From the NCBI GenBank assembly GCA_965205655.1, contig CBDBIJ010000099.1, positions 1 through 15,491 of the forward strand: a stretch of 15,491 nt of DNA. The letters run 5' to 3'. This DNA comes from Candidatus Latescibacterota bacterium. GTDB taxonomy: Bacteria; Latescibacterota; UBA2968; UBA8231. A model generated the notes under the pieces. It ran no database searches. It saw only the letters and a list, made by a program, of their open reading frames with translations, and was not told the DNA's origin. The position numbers were made by a program, and so were the translations under genes. The number at the start of each line of letters is the position of its first letter. Within the stretch, counting starts at the first letter, position 1. This document shows, piece by piece, positions 1-8,569 of this stretch.

Positions 1-2
1 TC

Positions 3-836
3 TATTTTAACGGACGGGATCTGCAACAGGTGGGCGCCGCCGAAATGCGGTCACTGCGCCGGCAGATGCAGATCGTGTTCCAGGATCCCTACAGCTCGCT
101 CAATCCAAAAATGACGGCCGGTTCCATCATCGGGGAGGGGCTGAAAATCCACCGGCTGTGTCGTGGAGCGGCGGTGGAGCAGCGGGTGATCGAGCTGCTC
201 GACATGGTGGGGCTGCCGGCGAATGCGAAGACCAGATACCCGCACGAGTTCAGCGGCGGTCAACGCCAGCGAATAGGTATCGCCAGGGCGCTCGCCGTCA
301 ATCCCAGTTTCGTGATGGCGGACGAACCGGTGTCGGCTCTGGACGTGTCGGTGCAGGCGCAAATCGTCAACCTGTTGCAGAGCTTGCAGCGCGACCTCGG
401 ACTGACGTATCTGTTCATCTCCCACGACTTGAACGTCGTACGTCACATCTCGGACCGGGTGGCGGTCATGTACCTGGGGAAGGTCGTGGAACTCGCTCCG
501 CGCGAGCGGCTCTACAGCAATCCGTGCCATCCCTACACGAGGGCACTGCTGTCTGCGATCCCGGAGGCCCGTCCCTCGCGACGAGGTCGACAGTCCGTGC
601 TGCAGGGTGATGTCCCCAATCCTGCCGCGATTCCAGCGGGATGTCCGTTCCATCCCCGCTGTCCGGAGCGCATGGACGTGTGCAGCAGGGTGACGCCTAC
701 GTTGGAGAGCATCGGGGACGAGGCCCAGGTAGCGTGCCTGCTGCGCTACCCAGACGATGTAAAACGAAAACTCGGGATCCCCCTGGTCGAGGGGCCCCGG
801 CCACCTGCCGTACAGGCAGATCACCAGGAGAGCTGA
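3..836 (+). CDS. oppF: Oligopeptide/dipeptide ABC transporter ATP-binding subunit (OppF/DppF-like), 5'-truncated by the window edge
   Basis: Frame is open from base 3 ([10 protein letters not shown]...). Shows Q-loop [12 protein letters not shown], signature FSGGQRQR, Walker [12 protein letters not shown]-loop ISHDL and a C-terminal HPYT...GCPFHPRC domain. Walker A lies upstream of the window. Confidence 0.93.
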   Translation, partial: YFNGRDLQQVGAAEMRSLRRQMQIVFQDPYSSLNPKMTAGSIIGEGLKIHRLCRGAAVEQRVIELLDMVGLPANAKTRYPHEFSGGQRQRIGIARALAVNPSFVMADEPVSALDVSVQAQIVNLLQSLQRDLGLTYLFISHDLNVVRHISDRVAVMYLGKVVELAPRERLYSNPCHPYTRALLSAIPEARPSRRGRQSVLQGDVPNPAAIPAGCPFHPRCPERMDVCSRVTPTLESIGDEAQVACLLRYPDDVKRKLGIPLVEGPRPPAVQADHQES

Positions 837-842
837 CAGCCT

Positions 843-2669
843 ATGATGATCAAGTTGCGGGAGAGCACGGCCATCATCATGTGGATCGTGATCGTCGCAT
901 TCGTTGGTCTCATCGTGGTTGAGTGGGGTGCGGACTTTTCGGGGACATCGTCCGCGGGGAGCTCGGACGCCATAGGTGTCATCAACGGCCGCGAGGTTTC
1001 ATTGAAGCATTTTCAGGAGGCAGTGCGGGCGGCCGCGCAACGCAGCGCCCGGGATAGCGACACACGCGATGACGGGGCCCTCGTTCGGCAGGTGTGGGAT
1101 GACCTCGTAGGAGATCTGCTCGTGCGCCAGGAACTGGAGCGCGTCGGCATCGAGATCTCGGACGACGAGTTGGCGTACTACACTCGCATAAGTCCGCCCG
1201 AAGCGGTGCAGTCGATTCCGGAATTTCAGACCGACGGCGAGTTCGACATCCAGAAATACAACGAGTTCCTGCAAGACCCCGGTACCTACGCAAACGCGAC
1301 CAACAAGAATTTCGTGATGTGGATCGAGCGTTCGCTGGCGAATCAGCTACTCAACTATCGACTCCGAAAGCTGTTCATGGAGACGGCGAGAGTCAGTCCG
1401 GTGGAGGTGCGGCAACACTACATCGACGAGAGCCAGAAGCTGACCGTGGAGTACGTGTTCTCGCCGGCCAGCGCCATCGCGGAGGATGCGGTGAGTATCG
1501 ACGAGTCGCAGCTGCAGTCGCACTACGAGGAACTGGCCAGCGGCTTCCGACACCCCGACCAGATCAAGGTGGCTCTGGCCCTGTTCCGGAGACAGCCGAG
1601 CGGCGAGGACTCCGCTGCCGTGGAGAAAGATATCCGCCAGCTGCGCGAGGAAATCGTCGCGGGATCGGACTTCGAAGAGCTGGCCAGGATCATGTCCGAG
1701 GATGCCGCTACCGCCGCCGAGGGAGGCGATCTGGGGACCTTCGGCCGGGGTCGCATGGTGAAGGCCTTCGAAGATGTCGCTTTCGCCCTCGAGCCAGGCC
1801 AGGTATCCGAACCGGTCATGACACAGTTTGGCTGGCACCTCATCAGGGTCGAGGCGGAGGTCGAAGGCGAAGGTGACGAAGGCGAGCAGCGCCAGGCGAG
1901 GCATATCCTGCTGAAGATCAGGCCTTCGCCGGCAACGGAGGACCAGCTGTTCGAGACCGCCAAGGAGCTCCGCGAATTAGCTGTCGAGATGGGAATCGAG
2001 GCGGCGGTGTCGGTGAAAGGGGTGGAGTCTCGAATCCCCGATTGGGTAAACAAAAGTGCGGAGGCAGTGATCCCAGGACTGGACCAGGGGAGCGCCTGGC
2101 TCGTCAATTTTTTCATGGAGAGCGACATCGGCACCCTGTCCCAGGTCGGCAGTACACAGCAATACTACTACGTGGCGCAGCTGCTCGATCGCCGACCCGA
2201 AGGCGTATTCTCTTTGGGGGATGTTCGGCAGGGAGTCGAGCGATCGCTCCTGGCGCGGAAACGAGCCGAGGCGGCGGGCGAGACGCTGCAGCAGGTTCGC
2301 AGCCAGGTTCAAGCCGGCGCCGGCATGGAGAAAGCTGCGTCCGATGCGGGGTTGGGCCTGCGCTCGACGGACCCCTTCGCTCGTGGTGATTTCGTTCCGG
2401 ACGTCGGTCGCAACAACACCTTCGTGGGCACTGCCGTCAAGCTCGAGCCGGGAGAGATGAGTGACATCATCTCCGATATGCGCGGGGCCTACCTGCTGAG
2501 ACTCGTCGATAGGAGCGCCGTGGACGAGGAGGATTTCCTGGAAAGGCGCAGCGTCGTCGAGCAGGAGTTGCTCCAGCAGAAGCAGATGGAGGCGCTGCAG
2601 GCTTTTCTCACGAGGATGTACGACTCGGCGCAGATCGAGGACAACCGCCACCGGTTCTACACTTTCTGA
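843..2669 (+). CDS. ppiD: PpiD/SurA-like membrane-anchored periplasmic chaperone with a parvulin-type peptidyl-prolyl isomerase domain
   Basis: N-terminal TM helix (IIMWIVIVAFVGLIVVEWG), SurA-N-like region, parvulin motifs DFEELARIMSED...GGDLGTFGRGRMVKAFEDVAF...SEPVMTQFGWHLI; 608 aa. Confidence 0.85.
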   Translation: MMIKLRESTAIIMWIVIVAFVGLIVVEWGADFSGTSSAGSSDAIGVINGREVSLKHFQEAVRAAAQRSARDSDTRDDGALVRQVWDDLVGDLLVRQELERVGIEISDDELAYYTRISPPEAVQSIPEFQTDGEFDIQKYNEFLQDPGTYANATNKNFVMWIERSLANQLLNYRLRKLFMETARVSPVEVRQHYIDESQKLTVEYVFSPASAIAEDAVSIDESQLQSHYEELASGFRHPDQIKVALALFRRQPSGEDSAAVEKDIRQLREEIVAGSDFEELARIMSEDAATAAEGGDLGTFGRGRMVKAFEDVAFALEPGQVSEPVMTQFGWHLIRVEAEVEGEGDEGEQRQARHILLKIRPSPATEDQLFETAKELRELAVEMGIEAAVSVKGVESRIPDWVNKSAEAVIPGLDQGSAWLVNFFMESDIGTLSQVGSTQQYYYVAQLLDRRPEGVFSLGDVRQGVERSLLARKRAEAAGETLQQVRSQVQAGAGMEKAASDAGLGLRSTDPFARGDFVPDVGRNNTFVGTAVKLEPGEMSDIISDMRGAYLLRLVDRSAVDEEDFLERRSVVEQELLQQKQMEALQAFLTRMYDSAQIEDNRHRFYTF

Positions 2670-2687
2670 CAGGAGGAAATCTCTAGA

Positions 2688-3596
2688 ATGCCAGCTACAC
2701 CCGGGAAAACGGAGATTGGCTTCATCGGCCTGGGGATCATGGGAGCGCCGATGGCGCTGAATCTCATGAAGGCCGGGTTCTCGCTGAAGGTGTTCAACCG
2801 CTCCGACAGACCTCGAGTCCAGGAAGTCGTCGACGCAGGCGCGGCGCGCGTCGACTCACCGAAGGACGCAGCTGCCGGCAGCGACGTCACGATAACGATG
2901 GTCACCGACTCGCCGGATGTCGTAGACGTCATCATCGCCGATGATGGGGCAATCCACGGCGCCTCCGAGGGCTCGACGGTGATCGACATGAGCACGATTT
3001 CGCCGCGGGTAACCCGGGAGATCGCCGCCAAGTTGAAGGAGAAGGGCGTCGAAATGCTCGACGCTCCCGTAAGCGGCGGCGATGTGGGCGCCATCAACGG
3101 CACCCTGTCCATCATGGTCGGCGGCGATCAGGCGGTTTTCGACGAGTGTCTACCGATGTTCGAGGCCATGGGCAAAAACATCAATCTCATCGGCGGCAAC
3201 GGCGCCGGTCAGGTGACGAAGCTGTGCAACCAGATCGGAGTCGGGGTGGCGAACATGGCCATGGCGGAAGCCCTCATGCTGGCGGCCGCTTCCGACATGG
3301 ATGTGAAAAAGGTACTGGACGCGATCAGTGGCGGCGCTGCCGGTTCGTGGCAGATGACGAACCTCGGACCGCGAGTTCTCGAAGGCGACTTCGCCCCCGG
3401 ATTCATGGTCAAACTGCAGCAAAAAGATCTCAAACTCGTCATGGAGGCGGCCAACGACGTGCAACTCGCTCTGCCCGCCGTTTCCCTGACTCACCAGTTC
3501 TTCAATATCGTCGAGCGGCATGGATGGGCGGAGGAGGGGACGCAGGCTCTCATCAAGGCGTACGAAGTGCAGGCGGGCAAAGAGGCGCGTAGGTAG
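2688..3596 (+). CDS. NAD(P)-dependent beta-hydroxyacid dehydrogenase (tartronate semialdehyde reductase / 3-hydroxyisobutyrate dehydrogenase family)
   Basis: IGFIGLGIMGAPMA Rossmann motif, DAPVSGG, catalytic Lys in GAGQVTKLCNQ, F..KLQQKDL; AGGAGG RBS at about 2671. Confidence 0.92.
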   Translation: MPATPGKTEIGFIGLGIMGAPMALNLMKAGFSLKVFNRSDRPRVQEVVDAGAARVDSPKDAAAGSDVTITMVTDSPDVVDVIIADDGAIHGASEGSTVIDMSTISPRVTREIAAKLKEKGVEMLDAPVSGGDVGAINGTLSIMVGGDQAVFDECLPMFEAMGKNINLIGGNGAGQVTKLCNQIGVGVANMAMAEALMLAAASDMDVKKVLDAISGGAAGSWQMTNLGPRVLEGDFAPGFMVKLQQKDLKLVMEAANDVQLALPAVSLTHQFFNIVERHGWAEEGTQALIKAYEVQAGKEARR

Positions 3597-3614
3597 TACG
3601 TCGAAAAACCCAGC

Positions 3615-4418
3615 GTGGATGGAATGAGCGGATCGTTGCAGCGCGCCGGCGTTCTGCTTCGCGAAGGCGAGGCGGCAGGCGTGTTGAAGGACGTGCAGGC
3701 GCTGCTGAGCGAGCGGGGCATCGACATCGAGACACTCGGCTGGGACGAGCCGCCGGTGGAGGGTCTCGATCTCGTCATCGCCATGGGTGGAGACGGGACG
3801 GTCCTGAAGGCGTTGGAACTGTGCCGCGACTGTCCCGTCCTGGCGATCAATTTCGGCACCGTCGGGTTTCTGACTGCGGGAGACCGGAACGACCTGGAAG
3901 AAATCGTTTCGAAGCTCGTGGCCGGTGATTACCTGGTGAGCGAGCGGATGGCCCTCGCGTGCCGCTACCCGGCCGGGGAGATACGGGCGGTGAACGAGGT
4001 GATGGTGCGCAGCAGCAACAGGTTAGGGTTTACCGACGTCTTCATCGACGGCACGAAGATTCGAACCATCGTAGGCGACGGCGTCGTCGTCGGCACGCCG
4101 ACGGGCAGCACCGCGTTTCTCCTGTCTGCCGGGGCGCCCATCGTGATGCCGGACGTGCGCTGTCTCATACTGGACGGCATCAACGAGCATAACTTCACGT
4201 CGCGAACCCTCATCATTCCACCGGACTCAGAAATCAGACTCCATATCAGCCCGGAGACGCGGGAGCCGGAGGTTTACCTCACTTCGGACGGACGGCAGCT
4301 CGTCAAGCTCAGCCCCGGCGATGATATCCACATCCGCCGCGCCGAGACGACGGCCAAGCTCATCTACTTCGAGCCAGACTACTTCTTCCACAACCTATCG
4401 TCGAAACTGCGATGGTAG
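3615..4418 (+). CDS. nadK: NAD(+)/NADH kinase
   Basis: GGDGT motif, INFGTVGFL, AVNE, GDGVVVGTPTGSTAF..SAGAPI, DG motif, ends KLRW. Exact start codon uncertain (3615 or 3624). Confidence 0.9.
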   Translation: MDGMSGSLQRAGVLLREGEAAGVLKDVQALLSERGIDIETLGWDEPPVEGLDLVIAMGGDGTVLKALELCRDCPVLAINFGTVGFLTAGDRNDLEEIVSKLVAGDYLVSERMALACRYPAGEIRAVNEVMVRSSNRLGFTDVFIDGTKIRTIVGDGVVVGTPTGSTAFLLSAGAPIVMPDVRCLILDGINEHNFTSRTLIIPPDSEIRLHISPETREPEVYLTSDGRQLVKLSPGDDIHIRRAETTAKLIYFEPDYFFHNLSSKLRW

Positions 4419-4502
4419 AAGACAGCGCCCTCGGCGCTGTCTTTTCAAGAACGTCGCTTTGCGACGTTCTTGTCGGTGGTTCCGCTCTCATAGCGGGACC
4501 AC
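4419..4502. terminator. Three tandem hairpins between convergent nadK and prpD; probably includes terminator(s)
   Basis: AAGACAGCGCC-ctc-GGCGCTGTCTT (4419-4443, followed by TTC); CAAGAACGTCGC-ttt-GCGACGTTCTTG (4446-4472); GTGGTTCCGCT-ctcat-AGCGGGACCAC (4476-4502, one G-U). Confidence 0.65.
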
Positions 4503-4562
4503 GTCTGTAGGCATTCTCGCCCCCGACAAACGCGACATCGCGACGCGACTTTTCGTCCGCAG

Positions 4563-6074
4563 TTACAGGATTCCGATACGCTCGGTGTCGGGGAGGTCGA
4601 TTCGGGAGGGGGGGACGGTGATGTTGAGGTGGCCGACTTCGTCTGGTGTCAGGTCGGGGAGGCGTGACACGAGGTCGAGGAATCGGCCGAGCTCGTCTTC
4701 TTCAGCCACCCCATCGGCAAGTATTCGCAGTTTCCTCACGTAATCAGGACGCTGAAAAGGCCGCGCCCCGGCCGCGTGGGCGTGTGGGTTGTCGAGAGAC
4801 TCGACGATGTTCTCGCCATCGCGCAGGCGCACCACGACTTCAGCGCCGAACTTCCGACGCATCGGATCCGGGTCGTGATAGGCGAGGGTCCACTCTTCGC
4901 TCTCTTCGGTGCGGATTGTGTGCCACAGGCGAATGGTAGACTGCCTGTGCGGTCGCTCCGGAGGGTAACTGTCGACGTGGTGCCAGCAGCCGTCCTCCCA
5001 GGCGACAGCCAGGATGTACATGGCGCTGTGATCGAGAGTTTCGCGGGAGGCGTTCGGGTCGAGCTTCTGCGGATCCTCGGCGCCGGTACCGATGACGTGG
5101 TGGGTGTGGTGACTGGTGAGGATGAGCGCATCCTCGACATCGTCGAGGGGAATGTCTCTGGCGTGAAGCGCAAATCCGATATCGATGAGGGCCTGGGCCT
5201 GATACTCGGCGGAGTGCTCCTTGGTGTAGGAGTCCATGATGAGTCGCAAAGGCCCGCCGGGCGGAGGAAGGGGCACGACGTACTCGGATTGAGGACCTGA
5301 AAGCATCCAGGCGATGACGGCGTCGCGGCCCTCGTAGATGGGTGAGGGCGCGCGCTCCGACAGGCTGGCGCGGCCGACTGCCTCGATCGCCGTCTTGCCC
5401 GCCTGGGCGGGGGCGTAGGCCTTCCAACTGGTGATGTCGCCCTTGCGTGACTGGCGAGTTGCGCAAGAGAGGTGGACGCTCTGATTCACCGCTTGAAAGG
5501 TGATGTCAACAGGCAGGCGCAGCGTCGTTCCGATTCCGGCGGCCACGGCAGGCGCCAGGTGAGCAACGTGGTCGATCTTGTGTTCGTGGAGACAGATGCC
5601 GGTGACGAGAGCCATCTGGGTCTCGTAGGCGGTGAGAATCCCCAGTGCGAGGTCGCGGCCGCTTGCTCCGGTCTGTTGGGCCACCGCGAGCACAGCTGGA
5701 ATCGTATCGCCGGGGTGGGAGTAATCGGCGGCGAGGTAACAGTCGTGCATGTCGAGCTCGCGCACGGCGACACCGTTGGCGAGGGCTGCCCATTCGCAGT
5801 GGAAGGTGCGGTCAGCGGGCAAGCCGAGGATAGCGGCGCCGTCATCGCCGGGGTGAGGATAGCCGAATGCGAGCGCTCTGGCGGCGCGCACCGAAGGTCG
5901 GTTGAGCGCCGCGAGCCCGACGGCGGCGTTGTCGATGAGACGGTTGCCGATCATCTCCGCCACGTCCCGGTCCAGGTGAGAGTTTGCCGCGGACATGGAG
6001 GCGATTCTCCACGCCAGTTGATCCTCCTTCGGGAAGACCTCGCCCTCAGCGTGTGTTCTGACGATGTGATTCAA
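4563..6074 (-). CDS. prpD: MmgE/PrpD family protein, probable 2-methylcitrate dehydratase
   Basis: AALANGVAVRELDMHDCYLAADYSHPGD, GICLHEHKIDHVAH, TRQSRKGDITSWKA, YTKEHSAEYQAQ, SRETLDHS; 503 aa; TTG start uncertain. Confidence 0.88.
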   Translation of the reverse strand: MNHIVRTHAEGEVFPKEDQLAWRIASMSAANSHLDRDVAEMIGNRLIDNAAVGLAALNRPSVRAARALAFGYPHPGDDGAAILGLPADRTFHCEWAALANGVAVRELDMHDCYLAADYSHPGDTIPAVLAVAQQTGASGRDLALGILTAYETQMALVTGICLHEHKIDHVAHLAPAVAAGIGTTLRLPVDITFQAVNQSVHLSCATRQSRKGDITSWKAYAPAQAGKTAIEAVGRASLSERAPSPIYEGRDAVIAWMLSGPQSEYVVPLPPPGGPLRLIMDSYTKEHSAEYQAQALIDIGFALHARDIPLDDVEDALILTSHHTHHVIGTGAEDPQKLDPNASRETLDHSAMYILAVAWEDGCWHHVDSYPPERPHRQSTIRLWHTIRTEESEEWTLAYHDPDPMRRKFGAEVVVRLRDGENIVESLDNPHAHAAGARPFQRPDYVRKLRILADGVAEEDELGRFLDLVSRLPDLTPDEVGHLNITVPPSRIDLPDTERIGIL

Positions 6075-6279
6075 GGCGATTAAACGACGGACTGGTTGTA
6101 AGGCCGCAGTGGTCCACTAAAAGATCCTCGGAAGGATGCAACAGAGGCCTCTCTTCAAGGCGTGATCGATGGCAGTGCGCGCTTATGCAAAGATATGCCG
6201 AGATCATCGCGCGGCAACCGACGGCCGGGTCTGCGATCGATTGCCCGTGCGCGGGGAAACCTGTACTGTCTAGTTCATC

Positions 6280-7563
6280 ATGAGCGCCACTACCCTCTTC
6301 GATACGCACTACGAGAAGCGCAAACGCGACCTGCTCGGCCATGCTCTGGAGCGCATCCGCCCGCTCTACACGGCCGAGGAGATGTCGGCTCTGCGCATCG
6401 ATCCGGTGGATCCGAACCTCCTGTCACAGCGGTCGGGAAGAGGGTTCGTCAACCGCGACATCCTCGAAACGGTGCTGGGGAATCTACTCGAATGCATCGC
6501 CCCCGGCTCGCACAACACGCTCGATCCGAATCACCCGCAACACGATTTAGAAATGGCGATCGGCGAAGTGGCGGACCAGGTGTACGCCATGATCGCGCAG
6601 TCACTTCAGGCCGCCGGTGGACAGGACCAGCTCGAAGAGCGGGCACTCGTCTCGACGTTCGCGCTCATCTGGGAGTTGCCGGTGCTCAAGGCCAGGGCTC
6701 AGTGGAACAGATTCGCCTCACTGAAAGATCCCGCCGTGTGGGATGCCTACCTGCTGCACAGCTGCAACCTCAGCGTGGAGGAGCTCGAAGAGCTCGAGTT
6801 CGGCCGTCATATCGAGGCGGCGATTCGGGAGCGGGACCGCGATTCGTACAAGAGCTTCCTGGGTCAACTGGCCTGTCCCTTCATCTTCGATTACCAGATG
6901 CAGCTGGTGACGAGCACCTACCCGGGGTGGCGGGTTCTATTCTACCACGATGTAGCCCACGGGCTCACCCGCGCCGGTCCGCTGTATGACAATTCGCAGC
7001 TCGTTCGAATGCCGGTTCCGCTGCTCCCCCGAGCGATCTCCGAGTTAGGGGGGCGGTACTACCAAGCGGATATTCATCCGGAAACACGAATCGGAGACGC
7101 CAACTTTCTCGACCATCCGCACCGTGGTTTGACGACAGGACAAACCGGGGTCATCGGCTCGGGGTGTCACCTCCTGCCGTGCACCCTCGGGGGTCTCAGC
7201 CGGCGGCTGCGAAGACGGCATCCGTACATCGGCGACTACGTCTTCATCGGCACCGACGCGGACTTGCTCGGTCCGGTGAAGATCGGCGACAGATCGCTGA
7301 TCGGTCCTCACACTCAGGTATACGGACTTGTCGAGATGGGAGAGGATTGCCGCATCGGATCGTCAGTCGTCATAGGCACGGTCAAAACAGCCCAGGCCAG
7401 CCCGGGCCGCATACTGATCGGCGATGGGGTGCAGGTGGGCGACGGAACCATTCTGGAGAACCGGTCGGAACTGGATCTGACGATTCCGGACAGCGAGGAC
7501 ATACCGGCCCGGAGCTACGTCACGAATGACGGCTGCGGGAATCCCAAATTCGGACGGGAATAG
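6280..7563 (+). CDS. Serine O-acetyltransferase-like protein (CysE/EpsC superfamily, left-handed beta-helix), atypically long
   Basis: KDPAV, TYPG, VAH, VPLLPRAISE, ADIHP, FLDHP, TLGG, RHPYIGD..FIG..A.LLGPV.IG all match CysE motifs in order, followed by extra hexapeptide repeats. Confidence 0.75.
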   Translation: MSATTLFDTHYEKRKRDLLGHALERIRPLYTAEEMSALRIDPVDPNLLSQRSGRGFVNRDILETVLGNLLECIAPGSHNTLDPNHPQHDLEMAIGEVADQVYAMIAQSLQAAGGQDQLEERALVSTFALIWELPVLKARAQWNRFASLKDPAVWDAYLLHSCNLSVEELEELEFGRHIEAAIRERDRDSYKSFLGQLACPFIFDYQMQLVTSTYPGWRVLFYHDVAHGLTRAGPLYDNSQLVRMPVPLLPRAISELGGRYYQADIHPETRIGDANFLDHPHRGLTTGQTGVIGSGCHLLPCTLGGLSRRLRRRHPYIGDYVFIGTDADLLGPVKIGDRSLIGPHTQVYGLVEMGEDCRIGSSVVIGTVKTAQASPGRILIGDGVQVGDGTILENRSELDLTIPDSEDIPARSYVTNDGCGNPKFGRE

Positions 7564-7572
7564 GCAAACGGA

Positions 7573-7605
7573 AACGGGCGTCCCGGCAATGCCAGGACGC
7601 CCGTT
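7573..7605 (-). terminator. Intrinsic terminator hairpin, likely for the minus-strand outer-membrane protein gene (possibly bidirectional)
   Basis: AACGGGCGTCC...GGACGCCCGTT stem. The inner C/A mismatch becomes a U-G pair on the minus strand, and the hairpin is followed there by TCCGTTT. Confidence 0.6.
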
Positions 7606-7615
7606 CAGATTAGCG

Positions 7616-7650
7616 GGCCCCGATTTTACTCAGACGGGGCCTTTGTTTTT
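7616..7650 (+). terminator. Intrinsic terminator downstream of the acetyltransferase gene
   Basis: GGCCCCG-12 nt loop-CGGGGCC followed by TTTGTTTTT. Confidence 0.6.
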
Positions 7651-7659
7651 GAGCTTGTG

Positions 7660-8299
7660 TTAGAAGCTCGTCCCGAATACGAGGTAGGCGATTTCCGAGT
7701 CCGGGTTCAGAATATAAGAGGCTGAGTGATCGCCCATATCGGCGCTGATGGAGAGGACGACCAGCTTCGGATCGTCGTCGTCAGCCGAGTAGCGCCCGTT
7801 GCCGACTGCCGCAGAGAAGGTCACGTCGACGTCATCGGTGGATGTCTTCGGACAGGGATAGTCTACCTGCGCGTAGAAGGAGTCGTCAGTATCACCGTGG
7901 ACGTTGAAGGCTCCCATGACGCTGACGATGCCGAGATCGATCGAGCCCATGATCTCGATTGTGTGAGAGCCTGTGTCCTTCGTCGTAGTCGAGAAATTCG
8001 GCCGGCGGGTTGTAGTAATCGGTGACGGTCAAGTCCACGGACTCCATCGAGTAGGTCACGTACAGGTCGTTCTCGTTCGCAGCGGACGTTATCGACCACG
8101 ACGACCAGGCGCCGATCTCCAGGTTGTCCTTGGCGCATGAGATCGATGGTTGAATGTTGACGCCGTCGCCACCGGCATCGCTGCCGCGAAACACGTATCG
8201 GCTCACGACGTCGGCACCGATGCCGATTTCGGCGTCAGCCGGGGCTGTCGCCAGGAGTGTTGCTCCGGCCAGAACTGCAGCGGCTAAGATCCTTGCCAT
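7660..8299 (-). pseudogene. TorF-like / Bacteroidota-type putative outer-membrane beta-barrel protein, split by a +1 frameshift near 7977 (212 aa if repaired)
   Basis: Signal peptide ending ADA, then GADVVSRYVFRG, QPSIS, EIGAWSS, ENDLYVTY, TVTDYY. Removing one C at 7977-7978 joins ORFs 7892..8299 and 7660..7950 as DYDEDTGSHTIEIMGS. C-terminal YLVFGTSF fits a beta-signal. Confidence 0.72.
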
Positions 8300-8336
8300 T
8301 TTACCCTCCGGCTAAGATCCTTGCCATTTTACCCTC
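8281..8336. repeat. Perfect 28-bp tandem duplication covering the RBS and first six codons of the outer-membrane protein gene
   Basis: CGGCTAAGATCCTTGCCATTTTACCCTC occurs at 8281-8308 and again at 8309-8336. Confidence 0.97.
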
Positions 8337-8569
8337 CAAGGTGTGTAGCCCGATCCGCTCGGGCCACTGTGGGTGTGGTGATGAAACTACACTGAATCAA
8401 TTGGACGAAGTTGGTGCTGAAGTGGGATGTTTTACGCCATCGCCTGCGCAGGCTGCGCGCAGGAAAGACCTACCGGAGAGGGTGGTTCAGGGGGGAAATG
8501 CGAGAGGGGGAGTGACTCCATGCCCCAAAGATAGGGACAGTCCCGAAATCCGGCAATCAGAGATTGCGT

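Noticed and set aside
8281..8336. CRISPR array (28-bp repeat)
   Set aside because: Two adjacent copies with no spacer, the repeat is coding/RBS sequence, and there are no cas genes.
8340..8568. Riboswitch, sigma54 promoter or NtrC site upstream of the outer-membrane protein gene
   Set aside because: Only short palindromes (e.g. GCAATC-aga-GATTGC, GCCCGA/TCGGGC) and a weak partial NtrC-like match; no -24/-12 box or riboswitch consensus recognised.
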